From a virus (Duplodnaviria; Caudoviricetes): DNA of 64,000 bases. Under the pieces are notes generated by a model that was not told where the DNA came from, searched no databases, and saw only the letters and a list, made by a program, of their open reading frames with translations. Positions within the stretch are counted from its first letter, which is position 1; the number at the start of each line of letters is the position of its first letter. The position numbers and the translations under genes were made by a program. The stretch lies in IMG/VR virus record IMGVR_UViG_3300010283_000005, positions 78,408 through 142,407 of that record; one strand, written 5' to 3'. Below are positions 9,939 through 19,294 of the stretch, one piece after another.

Positions 9939-10406
9939 ATGCGAAATTCTTCTAAATTGTTGAAAGTACTTCTGATCTGGTTCATCCTAGGCATGATGTA
10001 CTTCACTTTAGAAGGAATTTGGAGGATACCTAAAGGCGGATACGCTAATATCGCTATGTTACCAGTAGGTGGATTGTGTGGATTATGTGTAGGTACCATC
10101 AACCAGATTCCTAAGTTCTATAATATGAAGATCATATATCAATCTATTATAGGAGCAGTAATCACAACTATCATAGAATTCATTTCAGGATTATTCCTGA
10201 ACTGCTACTTACAATTAGGAATATGGGATTACTCAAACTTGCCATTTAATATATTAGGTCAAGTATGCTTACCATTCAGTCTGATTTGGTTTGTCATCAT
10301 GCCTTTATGCATATGGTTAGAAGATAAGATTCGTTACGTATTCTGGAACGAAGGTAGTAATTACTCACTGAAGTCTATCTATGTAGAATTCATTACTCTA
10401 CATTAA
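9939..10406 (+). CDS. Multi-pass membrane protein (putative ABC transporter type IV / DUF1113-like)
   Basis: IEFISG...LGIWDYSNLPFNILGQVCL signature and several hydrophobic helices. Confidence 0.75.
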   Translation: MRNSSKLLKVLLIWFILGMMYFTLEGIWRIPKGGYANIAMLPVGGLCGLCVGTINQIPKFYNMKIIYQSIIGAVITTIIEFISGLFLNCYLQLGIWDYSNLPFNILGQVCLPFSLIWFVIMPLCIWLEDKIRYVFWNEGSNYSLKSIYVEFITLH

Positions 10407-10436
10407 CTAATCATATGTATAGAAGGAGGTCAGCCA

Positions 10437-10985
10437 ATGGACAGTCTAATGAAATTGGTAGGTGATTATGAAATCGATGGAATAAAGGTAGCTACTTTTA
10501 TTTTACTGATCTCAGCAATCGTCTATCTGTACAAATTATACAAGAAAGCTAAGCAATTAATAATTGCTAAGTATGAGGAAGAAACTGAGAAAGATAAGAA
10601 GATCAATGAAACTTATAATAGAATGGAGCAATATCAGGAGGATCAGAAGAAGTTACTAGGTACAATAGAGAAAATGCAGAGAATGCAGGAGAAACTCTCT
10701 GAGCAGCTTCATCAGATCGATGAGAAGAATAAGAAATATGAGCTAGCCAATTCTCGAGATAGATTGCTTCAGAGTTATCGTTATTATACTAATAGGGAGA
10801 AAAACCCTATGCAATCTTGGACTGAACTGGAGAAAGAAGCATTCTTCGAAGTATTTGGAAATTACGAGGATGCTGGTGGAGATGGATTCATGCATACTAC
10901 AGTTCAGCCTGAGATGAATAAGCTCACTGTCATTCCAATGCATGAAACTACTGAGATTGCTGAGCTCATGGCTAGCCGACGCTAA
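10437..10985 (+). CDS. Membrane-anchored coiled-coil lysis-module protein
   Basis: N-terminal TM helix, coiled coil and YEDAGGDG motif; sits just before the endolysin. Confidence 0.55.
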   Translation: MDSLMKLVGDYEIDGIKVATFILLISAIVYLYKLYKKAKQLIIAKYEEETEKDKKINETYNRMEQYQEDQKKLLGTIEKMQRMQEKLSEQLHQIDEKNKKYELANSRDRLLQSYRYYTNREKNPMQSWTELEKEAFFEVFGNYEDAGGDGFMHTTVQPEMNKLTVIPMHETTEIAELMASRR

Positions 10986-11035
10986 GGTATTAACCTAATT
11001 GGTTGATATAAATATTCAGAAAGGGAGGTCATAGT

Positions 11036-12472
11036 ATGACTAATCAGGAATTTATCGAGCAAGTCGCTAAGTATGTCAGAAAGTATGCTAAATCTTATGG
11101 AATTCTAGTACACAGTCCTATCATTGCTCAGGCTATCCTTGAGAGTGGATGGGGTAAAAGTTCCCTAGCTGCAAAGTACCATAACTACTTTGGACTCAAG
11201 TGTGGTAGCAAGTGGACTGGTAAGTCAGTCAACATGACTACTCAAGAGGAGTACTCAGTAGGTACACTCACTACTATCAAGGATAATTTCCGAGTTTATG
11301 ATAGTATGGAGGATGGAATCAAGGGCTACTTTGAATTCATTCAGTTAGCTAGATATGCTAACCTGAAAGGTATCACTGATCCTAAGACTTACTTAGAGAC
11401 TATCAAGGCAGATGGTTATGCTACTAGTAGCAAGTATGTAGACAATAACTACAACTTGATCACTCAGTATAACCTTACGAAATATGATAAGAAGGAGGAT
11501 AATGCGTCTATGAAAACTAGAAGTGCAGTAGTTGCTCTAGCTCAGTCGTGGCTAGGCAAGAATGAAGCTGATGGAAGCTATAAATCCATCATCGACATCT
11601 ACAATTCCTATAAGGGTACATTCCCTCGTGGTACTAAGATGTCTTACAGCTGGGCATGGTGCGCATGTACTTGGTCAGCTCTAGCAATCAAGCTAGGATA
11701 CACTGATATCATGCCTATTGAAATCAGCTGCTATTATATCATCCAGAGTGCTAAGGCTATGGGTATCTGGGTCGAAGATGATGCCTATGTTCCTAGTCCA
11801 GGTGATGCAGTACTGTATGATTGGGATGACAATGGTATTGGTGACAATACTGGTAACCCTGATCATATCGGTACTGTGGAGACAGTCAATGCATCCGCTG
11901 GTACTTTCACTGTCATCGAGGGTAATTATTCCAATGCAGTAAAACGTAGAACTATGGGCATCAATGGTAAATTCATCAGAGGATTTATCTGCCCTAAGTA
12001 TGATGCTACGGGAGAAGTTCCTACTCCTAGCTACACTAAGAAATCTACTGAGGAGATCGCTAAGGAAGTCATTGCAGGTAGATGGGGTACTGGTGATACT
12101 CGTAAGACTGCTCTGACTAACGCAGGCTATGATTATGCTACAATTCAGGATAAGGTCAATGAACTCCTGAAATCTGGTGGCACCTCTACTCCTGCTAAGA
12201 AATCAGTAGATACCATTGCTGATGAAGTTCTTCAGGGTATCTGGGGTAATGGTGATACTCGTAAGAAGAAACTTGAAGCTGCTGGATACAATTATTCTGA
12301 AGTTCAGGCTGCAGTCAATCGCAAAGTCAAAGGATCCACTAAATCAGTTACTGCAGTAGCTAAAGAAGTCATTGCAGGTAAATGGGGTAATGGATCTGAG
12401 CGTAAGAAGAAACTCGAAGCAGCAGGATATAATTACTCCGAGGTTCAGGCTATGGTGAATAAGCTTCTCTAA
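11036..12472 (+). CDS. Endolysin: GH73 glucosaminidase + CHAP + 3 CW_7 repeats
   Basis: AQAILESGWG..NYFGLK..GYAT (GH73); WCA...DHIG...IEGN (CHAP); three IA.EVI.G.WGNG..RK..L..AGY.Y..VQ..VN repeats. Confidence 0.92.
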   Translation: MTNQEFIEQVAKYVRKYAKSYGILVHSPIIAQAILESGWGKSSLAAKYHNYFGLKCGSKWTGKSVNMTTQEEYSVGTLTTIKDNFRVYDSMEDGIKGYFEFIQLARYANLKGITDPKTYLETIKADGYATSSKYVDNNYNLITQYNLTKYDKKEDNASMKTRSAVVALAQSWLGKNEADGSYKSIIDIYNSYKGTFPRGTKMSYSWAWCACTWSALAIKLGYTDIMPIEISCYYIIQSAKAMGIWVEDDAYVPSPGDAVLYDWDDNGIGDNTGNPDHIGTVETVNASAGTFTVIEGNYSNAVKRRTMGINGKFIRGFICPKYDATGEVPTPSYTKKSTEEIAKEVIAGRWGTGDTRKTALTNAGYDYATIQDKVNELLKSGGTSTPAKKSVDTIADEVLQGIWGNGDTRKKKLEAAGYNYSEVQAAVNRKVKGSTKSVTAVAKEVIAGKWGNGSERKKKLEAAGYNYSEVQAMVNKLL

Positions 12473-12510
12473 GCTAATTCATATATCAAATTTATAAGGA
12501 GGTACTTATT

Positions 12511-12978
12511 ATGGAAGCAATTCAGGGTGCATTATTGGATGCAGGTGTCACTATTGCAGTAGCTCTCATCAGCTTACTTGCAATCGTAGCAGTTCTCTAC
12601 ATTAACAAGCTTAAGGCTAAGGTGATCGCAGAGACTGAGAAGATCAATGATCAGGCTACTCGCGACTATGCTCAGGGAGTCCTGACTAAGGTCACGGATG
12701 CCTTATCGATCGCAGTCGATAAGATGGAATCCACGATGGTCAAAGAATTAAAGGGTAAATCTTCTGACGGTAAGCTCACTAAGGAGGAGCAGAAGGAGAT
12801 TGCTGACCAGGCTAAGAAACTAGCAAATGAAATTCTAGGTACTGACATGAAGAACTTGCTAGTAGGCATCATTGGTGATTCTGAGAAATATGTGGATGCT
12901 CAGATTGCATCCCTAGTCATTCAGAAGAAGAATGAGCTACTAGGTCAGACTGAGGATAATAGCTCACTCAACAGCTGA
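12511..12978 (+). CDS. Holin (single N-terminal TM)
   Basis: Hydrophobic N-terminus, DGKLTKEE motif, directly after the endolysin. Confidence 0.7.
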   Translation: MEAIQGALLDAGVTIAVALISLLAIVAVLYINKLKAKVIAETEKINDQATRDYAQGVLTKVTDALSIAVDKMESTMVKELKGKSSDGKLTKEEQKEIADQAKKLANEILGTDMKNLLVGIIGDSEKYVDAQIASLVIQKKNELLGQTEDNSSLNS

Positions 12979-13004
12979 GCTACTCTCTAATCATAATAAG
13001 GTAT

Positions 13005-13046
13005 AAAAATGGGGTAGGATCCTACAATGGGTCCTACCCTGTTTTA
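13005..13046. terminator. Bidirectional terminator between convergent genes
   Basis: AAAAAT-GGGGTAGGATCC/GGGTCCTACCCT-GTTTT. Confidence 0.75.
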
Positions 13047-13550
13047 TTATGCATTGATAATCTTCTTGCTGATCTCAAGATTAGGATACTTTTGAGATAC
13101 ATGACTAGGTATCTCACGATGGATGCAATTACGTAGCTGCATCTTAGCTAGCTTAACTCCAGCTGACTCCAAGTCATCACATAAGGACTGAAGTCGAATA
13201 TACTTGTGACCATTCCAAGTGTACTCACTATGATCAATCTTGCCAGCTACCATATAGATATCTACGTCAATATGTACTTCAGTAGGATTAACTTCTTCCT
13301 CATGATCATCTGCCACGTAGTAACTAGTAGGAATATCACTAGTCTCATCATCATACTCTAGTAATCCTAAGTAAGCCTTAGGCACTCTATGCTTAGTAGC
13401 GATAAACTGCAGCTGAGCTGGTTTGATGTCTACTCCAAGTAGAGCTAGCTTACTCACTACTTCATGAGAATCAATCACTTCGCCATTTATCTTATAAATC
13501 ACATCATGATGATTATCATAGCATTTACTCAATTTGATTGGCATATCCAC
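13047..13550 (-). CDS. Hypothetical protein with two repeats resembling a HEG C-terminal domain; candidate DNA-binding regulator
   Basis: GGAGG RBS and its own phage-type promoter (13564-13592). The C-terminal half resembles the C-terminus of HEG 36154-36855. Confidence 0.6.
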   Translation of the reverse strand: MDMPIKLSKCYDNHHDVIYKINGEVIDSHEVVSKLALLGVDIKPAQLQFIATKHRVPKAYLGLLEYDDETSDIPTSYYVADDHEEEVNPTEVHIDVDIYMVAGKIDHSEYTWNGHKYIRLQSLCDDLESAGVKLAKMQLRNCIHREIPSHVSQKYPNLEISKKIINA

Positions 13551-13563
13551 ACCTCCTTACCAT

Positions 13564-13592
13564 TATAAACGTATCTATGAAAAAATTTACTC
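13564..13592 (-). promoter_or_regulatory. Phage-type promoter GAGT-N17-CGTTTATA
   Basis: Exact motif on the minus strand upstream of 13047-13550. Confidence 0.75.
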
Positions 13593-13610
13593 AAATTTAG
13601 TAAAAACCTT

Positions 13611-13664
13611 TTGACATTTGACGTAAAATGTGTTATAATTAGTATAGGGGGTAACTAAATATAG
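13611..13664 (+). promoter_or_regulatory. Host sigmaA-type promoter, copy 1 of a 49-nt direct repeat
   Basis: TTGACA-N17-TATAAT with TG extension; 13616-13664 is identical to 13788-13836. Confidence 0.85.
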
Positions 13665-13692
13665 AGTAATTAGAAGGTGATGAACGTTTATA
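13664..13692 (+). promoter_or_regulatory. Phage-type promoter GAGT-N17-CGTTTATA upstream of the sigma-like gene
   Basis: Exact motif match. Confidence 0.7.
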
Positions 13693-13782
13693 GGTAAGGA
13701 AAGGAAGGTTTCGGCAAATTGCCCAAATTTCACACCCTAGATTTGGTCAAAACGCTGAAATTTAAAAATTTGCTAAAAACGT

Positions 13783-13836
13783 TTGCAATTTGACGTAAAA
13801 TGTGTTATAATTAGTATAGGGGGTAACTAAATATAG
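13783..13836 (+). promoter_or_regulatory. Host sigmaA-type promoter, copy 2
   Basis: TTGCAA-N17-TATAAT with extended -10 TG; second copy of the 49-nt repeat. Confidence 0.8.
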
Positions 13837-13897
13837 CAAGATGAGGTTACCAACTAAGCTTAAGAAGAAATTCACTTAAATAAGGAGTTCCATTAAA

Positions 13898-14878
13898 ATG
13901 GCAGAGAACAAAGAATTCAAATTTGAAGGTAACGAAGTTGATCTTGAGGAAGTCCTCAAGTGGGCAAATGGTCTGGTTAAGGAAGCTAAGGCTAGCAAGG
14001 CTGATGAAAAGATGAACAAGGTTAAGGAGATCGTTGAGGGAGTTGCTCGTAAGTATGCTTCCAAGTGGATCGATCGCGAAGACCTGGAGCAGGACTTGTG
14101 GGTATCTAGCTTGGAGCTCATCAATCGTTGCGGAGGAATTGAAAATACCGACCTCAAGCTCATCGCTAAGAATGCTTGGAATAAGGCAGTTGACTCCTAC
14201 CGCTACAACCGCAGAAGACATGATTCCAAAGTTCGCTTGATTGATGAGAGCGAATCCGACGATGGTGATTATTCTGCTGGTGGAGCGGATCAAGCTCAGT
14301 ACTTCACAGCCAAATCAAGGACAGGCTATGATGAAGCAATTCTGAGAGAGGTAATCGATCTCTTCCCTGAAGGATCCAGACAGCGTAAGTATGTGGTCGC
14401 TAAGCTGTACTCCTATGGTGAAATCGATGACAACTCCGGATTGCCTGATGAACTTCAGCTCCCTGAGGCTGATGACGAAGCGAGCTTCCTGAAGCTGATC
14501 GGATTCAACTCCCGTTATCCTGCTTCTTGGGGCAAGATGAAATATGAAATCCGTGAGAAGATCTACCGTTACTTAGGTCTGATGCCGGAGTCTTACGAAG
14601 ACGATCCTAAGAAAATGCTCGAGTGCATCCGTGATCGAGTTGAGACCTTGTTCAGTGAGACTCGTTCTGGATACATTGGTTTGGACAGGCTTGCAAAGGA
14701 TAAGGTTCTGATCCTGATGGGTGCAAATGAAGATCGCATCTGGGAAGCTATGACTTCCAGCAGAAAGCTCCTCAGAGGACTCACTGCTCAGGGTGGCAAG
14801 TTCTTAATGAAGGACGAGCCTAGATACCACAAGAACTCCGAGAAGAACCACGATGTAATCATTCCTCGTGAGAAATAA
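13898..14878 (+). CDS. Phage-encoded sigma70-family-like factor
   Basis: Region-2-like ARKYASKWIDREDLEQDLWV...IAKNAWNKAVDSYR and region-4-like LREVIDLFPEGSRQRKYV; driven by sigmaA promoters. Confidence 0.7.
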   Translation: MAENKEFKFEGNEVDLEEVLKWANGLVKEAKASKADEKMNKVKEIVEGVARKYASKWIDREDLEQDLWVSSLELINRCGGIENTDLKLIAKNAWNKAVDSYRYNRRRHDSKVRLIDESESDDGDYSAGGADQAQYFTAKSRTGYDEAILREVIDLFPEGSRQRKYVVAKLYSYGEIDDNSGLPDELQLPEADDEASFLKLIGFNSRYPASWGKMKYEIREKIYRYLGLMPESYEDDPKKMLECIRDRVETLFSETRSGYIGLDRLAKDKVLILMGANEDRIWEAMTSSRKLLRGLTAQGGKFLMKDEPRYHKNSEKNHDVIIPREK

Positions 14879-14892
14879 GAGGACAGGCTATC

Positions 14893-14923
14893 GGTCAGCT
14901 CTGAGCAATCGGAGCTGACTTTT
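14893..14923 (+). terminator. Intrinsic terminator overlapping the next phage promoter
   Basis: GGTCAGCTCTGA-GCAA-TCGGAGCTGACT-TTT. Confidence 0.75.
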
Positions 14924-14940
14924 GTCGTCAGACGTTTATA
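14912..14940 (+). promoter_or_regulatory. Phage-type promoter GAGC-N17-CGTTTATA
   Basis: Exact motif. Confidence 0.75.
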
Positions 14941-15131
14941 ATTTTGGTAGGACTTGGAACTCAGGATTTCCTAAGCCGTTCCGCAAGGGGCAAACTCCTC
15001 TAATCACCTCGTGAGAAGCCGTCAGAAGCTCGTAGAAGCGTTTGATTTGCTTTGGCGAAGGGGCGGAAGGGTGCGAAATCAAAGCGTTCTAGAGCCTTAT
15101 AGAAGCCAATTAAATGAAAGGAGATATCAAT

Positions 15132-15896
15132 TTGTATGGCTACATATATGAAACTACTAATCTAATCAATGGCAATAAATACATAGGTCAGCATGTATCT
15201 GAAGAATTTGATCCTAATTATAAAGGATCAGGCAAGTTACTATGGCGAGCTATCAATAAGTATGGATGGGATAACTTCTCAGTGAGGGTGCTCTGTCCAT
15301 GCTTCAGTCAAGAAGAACTAAATGAAGAAGAGATAATGGCTATAGCTCACTTCAACGCAGTAGAATCTACTAATTACTACAACTTAGCAGCTGGAGGTCA
15401 AACTGGTCATCTAGCTGGTAGTAGATTATCTGAAGATACTAAACTCAAGATGAGTCAATCGCATAAAGGATTAATGGTAGGCGAATCAAACCCTATGTAT
15501 GGTAGATCTCCTAGTGCACAGACTAGAGCAAAGCTAAGCAAGTCACTACATGGCAAATTAGCTGGTAGTAAGAATCCTAGATATGGATATAAAATGACTC
15601 CTGAGGAGAATTCTCATTTATCTGAGCTTACTTCAGGGGAGAATAATCCATTCTATGGAAAGAAACACTCTGCAGAATCATTAGCTAAGATGAGATCAGC
15701 TAAGCTAGGAGATCGTAATCCAGGTGCTAATAAAGTCTGGATTACTAGAAATGGTAAGAATAAGAGAGTCCATCCAGATGAACTAGACGTTTACATTCAA
15801 GAAGGATGGAAGAAAGGAAGGTATGTAACAGATGAAACAAGAAGGAAATGCTCAGAACGAAACCTTAGAAGGTATCACCCAGAGTTATTCAGCTGA
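15132..15896 (+). CDS. GIY-YIG/NUMOD3 homing endonuclease
   Basis: YGYIYETTNLINGNKYIGQH, YNLAAGG and NUMOD3 repeats; probable TTG start after AAGGAG. Confidence 0.9.
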   Translation: MYGYIYETTNLINGNKYIGQHVSEEFDPNYKGSGKLLWRAINKYGWDNFSVRVLCPCFSQEELNEEEIMAIAHFNAVESTNYYNLAAGGQTGHLAGSRLSEDTKLKMSQSHKGLMVGESNPMYGRSPSAQTRAKLSKSLHGKLAGSKNPRYGYKMTPEENSHLSELTSGENNPFYGKKHSAESLAKMRSAKLGDRNPGANKVWITRNGKNKRVHPDELDVYIQEGWKKGRYVTDETRRKCSERNLRRYHPELFS

Positions 15897-17772
15897 TAAG
15901 ATCTTAGTCTTGTCTGATTTGGATCATATCAGAACTCGACCGATGATGTATGTCGACTCAGTGGATGATCCTAGACAGCTATTCTCTGAAGCATTAGATA
16001 ATGCTCTAGATGAAGCTCAGTCAGGCTACTCCAAACTCACTGAAGTATTTGTGGATTCTACTTCCCATGAATACACCATTCGAGATTATGGTAGAGGTAT
16101 TCCTATTGGTATGAAGACATTACCTGATGGAATTACTAAAGAGACTCTGGAGGTACTGTGTACTAAATCATTCTCAGGTGGTAAATTCAGTGGAGATAAC
16201 TACAAGCTACGTGGTGGACTTCATGGCGTAGGACTCGGATGCTGCAATGCATTAGGCGAGAAATTTGAGATTGCTACTCATCGTGATGGTAAGGCTGTGT
16301 ATCTGTATTGTGAACGAGGTGAAGTCATGTCACTTCAATATTACAATACTGCTGAAGATAATGGTACAGAGATCACGATTCAGGCTGATCCTGAGATCTA
16401 TGATACTGTAATCATTCCTATGGATTACATTATTAATCGATGCCTCGTAGCTAAGGCATTTGGGTATCCAGTTGATCTCTACATAGATGGAGCTCAGTAT
16501 CAGCTCCCTGCAGAGACTTTAGCTGATCTAATCCCTAAGGAAGATGCAAATGAGTATGCTCAGTTCGAGGTATCTGCTAGTACAGATTCAGGTGAATTCA
16601 TCAAAGTAGTCCTGAAGTACAACTCTGAAACTTCCACTAAGTACTTCGGTTACTCGAATCTGATCTACAATCGATATGGTGGTACTCATACTCGACTGAT
16701 TGATCGAGCTATTGAAGAAGTATGGAAGGATTACTACGGAGAGGCTGATGTAATCGAGCTTCGTGACTCAGATTGTAAAGTCGGACTTCGTACCTTATGT
16801 GCAGTATTCATTAGTGAAGTCGCATTCAGTAGCCAGACTAAAGATAAGCTGACTGTCAAGAATGAAGTAGTCCAGCCTTTGATTGATGCATTCAAGGTCG
16901 AATTCAAGAAGGTACTTGAAGATCAACCTGAACTCCGTAAAGCTTTAATCAAACGATTTGCTGAGTATCGTCAGAGTCAGAATCGACTGACTGCTCGTAA
17001 GGAGATCATGGACTTAGTCAAAGTCAATGGTCGTACTGATTCAGGTACGGTTCGACGCAGATCAATCGTCAATGGATTGATTGAATGTACTTCTCCGTTC
17101 TTAGACGGTACTGAACTGTACCTTGTTGAAGGTAATTCTGCAGGTGGTACTGCTGCTCGAGCTCGTAATAAGAAAACTCAATCAGTACTTCCGCTGAGAG
17201 GTAAAATCAAGAACATCACTTACATGAGTATCGCTCAGGCACTTAAATCTGAAGATATTCGTAAAGTAGTCAATGCTACTGGTGCTGGAGTAGGCGATGA
17301 AACTGATCCTGATCGCTGCAGATATGAGAAGATCATCATCGCTGCAGATGCTGACCCTGATGGTAAGCATATCACTGCACTTCTGATTTCAGTGTATGTG
17401 AATCTGATGCCTGCACTAGTCAAGGCTGGTAGAGTGTACGTACTTGAGCCACCTCTGTTCGGATACATTCAGGATAAGCATTATGTGTTCACCAATGAAT
17501 TCGAGGAGATTCCTGAGAAGCTCAGAACTACTAAAGGTTATACTCGATACAAAGGACTTGGTGAGATGGATGATGATGAATTCCGTGATTCTTGTATGAC
17601 TCCTGGAAATCAGAATCTCTATCAGGTAGTTTATCCTGAGGATATTGATGCATTCAATCGCATCCTCGGAACTACAGATGGTCGTAGAGAGTTACTTGTT
17701 AACTTAGGTATTATTCGATATGTCAATGGCAATCAGGACGATGATGATAGCATGACAGACATCGAGGATTAA
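15832..17772 (+). CDS. Type II DNA topoisomerase subunit B (GyrB/ParE-like)
   Basis: EALDNALDE, DYGRGIP, GGLHGVG, VEGNSAG, PLRGK, DADPDG and RYKGLGEM motifs. Confidence 0.95.
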   Translation: MKQEGNAQNETLEGITQSYSADKILVLSDLDHIRTRPMMYVDSVDDPRQLFSEALDNALDEAQSGYSKLTEVFVDSTSHEYTIRDYGRGIPIGMKTLPDGITKETLEVLCTKSFSGGKFSGDNYKLRGGLHGVGLGCCNALGEKFEIATHRDGKAVYLYCERGEVMSLQYYNTAEDNGTEITIQADPEIYDTVIIPMDYIINRCLVAKAFGYPVDLYIDGAQYQLPAETLADLIPKEDANEYAQFEVSASTDSGEFIKVVLKYNSETSTKYFGYSNLIYNRYGGTHTRLIDRAIEEVWKDYYGEADVIELRDSDCKVGLRTLCAVFISEVAFSSQTKDKLTVKNEVVQPLIDAFKVEFKKVLEDQPELRKALIKRFAEYRQSQNRLTARKEIMDLVKVNGRTDSGTVRRRSIVNGLIECTSPFLDGTELYLVEGNSAGGTAARARNKKTQSVLPLRGKIKNITYMSIAQALKSEDIRKVVNATGAGVGDETDPDRCRYEKIIIAADADPDGKHITALLISVYVNLMPALVKAGRVYVLEPPLFGYIQDKHYVFTNEFEEIPEKLRTTKGYTRYKGLGEMDDDEFRDSCMTPGNQNLYQVVYPEDIDAFNRILGTTDGRRELLVNLGIIRYVNGNQDDDDSMTDIED

Positions 17773-17782
17773 GGAGGTATCC

Positions 17783-18670
17783 ATGAAGTACTATGCAGTG
17801 CGTAAGGGTAGAACTCCAGGTATCTTCATGGATTGGGCATCATGTCAAGAATCAGTAAAGGGCTATAAAGGAGCAGAATTCAAGTCCTTTACTGACCTTC
17901 TTGCTGCTAAATCGTATCTCACTGAGATCAATAATCATGAAGAATACACGATTGACGAGGATACCTTAGTTATATATGTTGACGGTAGCTACAGAGATCA
18001 AGATAAATTAGTAGGTTCAGGAGTAGTAATCCTTGATTCTCAAAATCATATTATGAAGACTACTAGCTTCTCATCTACTAGAGAATCTGACATCTCTATG
18101 AGAAACGTAGCTGGAGAAGTCAGAGCAGCTATCTATGCTATGCAAGCAACAGCATCTAGCTTATACGAGAAAGTAGTAATCAATTATGATTATGAAGGAA
18201 TTGCTAAGTGGTGCAATGGATCATGGAGTGCTAATACTAAACTCACATTGGAGTATCAGAAGATCTATAGAGATTACAAATCTAATGGATTGAAGATCTA
18301 CTTCAATAAGATAGCAGCTCATACAGGAGAAGTCTATAATGAACTAGCAGATATCCTAGCTAAGCAAGCAGTAGGAATCGCTAATCATGACGATGTACTA
18401 AAGCAGATGATCAACTGCTGCTACTCAAACTATCAGAAACTTGATCATCCTAGTCTAGATTCTAGTAATAGGCTGCTAAAGATGACCGAACAGATTAGCC
18501 AGTTTCAGCTAGAACTGAAAGCTTCTCAATTACAGTCAGAAATCCTAGCAGATATATCTACTGAAGGTACTCTGCTGAGGATCTACGATGGATCAGCTAG
18601 CTTGATTATTCAGCTAGAATTTGATGAGAATAATACTATAAAGTTAGGAGATTACTTAGATGATATGTGA
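17783..18670 (+). CDS. rnhA: Ribonuclease HI with N-terminal hybrid-binding domain
   Basis: YYAVRKGRTPGIF..W..C...V.GYKGA.FKSF, YVDGS, RNVAGE and AHTG..NELAD. Confidence 0.9.
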   Translation: MKYYAVRKGRTPGIFMDWASCQESVKGYKGAEFKSFTDLLAAKSYLTEINNHEEYTIDEDTLVIYVDGSYRDQDKLVGSGVVILDSQNHIMKTTSFSSTRESDISMRNVAGEVRAAIYAMQATASSLYEKVVINYDYEGIAKWCNGSWSANTKLTLEYQKIYRDYKSNGLKIYFNKIAAHTGEVYNELADILAKQAVGIANHDDVLKQMINCCYSNYQKLDHPSLDSSNRLLKMTEQISQFQLELKASQLQSEILADISTEGTLLRIYDGSASLIIQLEFDENNTIKLGDYLDDM

Positions 18671-19241
18671 GAAATGTAACTTATGCAAAGAAGCCACTAA
18701 ACAATGCTTCCCATCTGGATCAGATCATCCTTTGATCTATATCGTAGGAGAAGCTCCAGGTAAGGAAGAAGATGAAGCAGGAGTACCATTCGTAGGCAGA
18801 TCCGGACAATTACTCCGAGAAGCACTGCGTACCGTAGGAATCTCGGAGGATCAGTTCAGATTATTTAATATCGTTAGATGTATCCCTAGAAATAATCGAG
18901 GAGTACGAGCTCCTAGCGATGAGGAGAAATCTGCTTGTCATGAGTACCTGTATGCAGATATTGTGAAGCATCAACCTGGAGTTATCCTGACTCTAGGTGG
19001 ATCTAGTAGTTCGTATCTTCTTGGAGATAAATTCTCGACAATAACTAGGACTCGAGGTATCTTGAATAGAGATATGACTATCAGCTATCAGTGGAATGGT
19101 AATACCTACAGCTACACTACTGCTATCATCGCCTCATTCCATCCATCTTACCTGCTCCGCAATGGTAAGAATCCTGAGTTAATGGATAAATTGTATCATG
19201 ATATCTCTCTAGCTAGAGACTATGCTATAGGTAGAATCTAG
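18660..19241 (+). CDS. Family-4 uracil-DNA glycosylase
   Basis: CxxC, GEAPG.EED..G.PFVG.SG, NIVRC.P, ACHEYL and FHPSY. Confidence 0.9.
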   Translation: MICEKCNLCKEATKQCFPSGSDHPLIYIVGEAPGKEEDEAGVPFVGRSGQLLREALRTVGISEDQFRLFNIVRCIPRNNRGVRAPSDEEKSACHEYLYADIVKHQPGVILTLGGSSSSYLLGDKFSTITRTRGILNRDMTISYQWNGNTYSYTTAIIASFHPSYLLRNGKNPELMDKLYHDISLARDYAIGRI

Positions 19242-19270
19242 AGTAATCTAGGTCTACCTTTACGTTTATA
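19241..19270 (+). promoter_or_regulatory. Phage-type promoter (N18 spacing)
   Basis: GAGT-N18-CGTTTATA. Confidence 0.6.
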
Positions 19271-19294
19271 CATTATGGAAAGGATGGTGCTGAG

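Noticed and set aside
15132-15896. Group I introns around the GIY-YIG genes
   Set aside because: The flanking genes are complete and the HEGs abut or overlap them, leaving no room for a ribozyme core.
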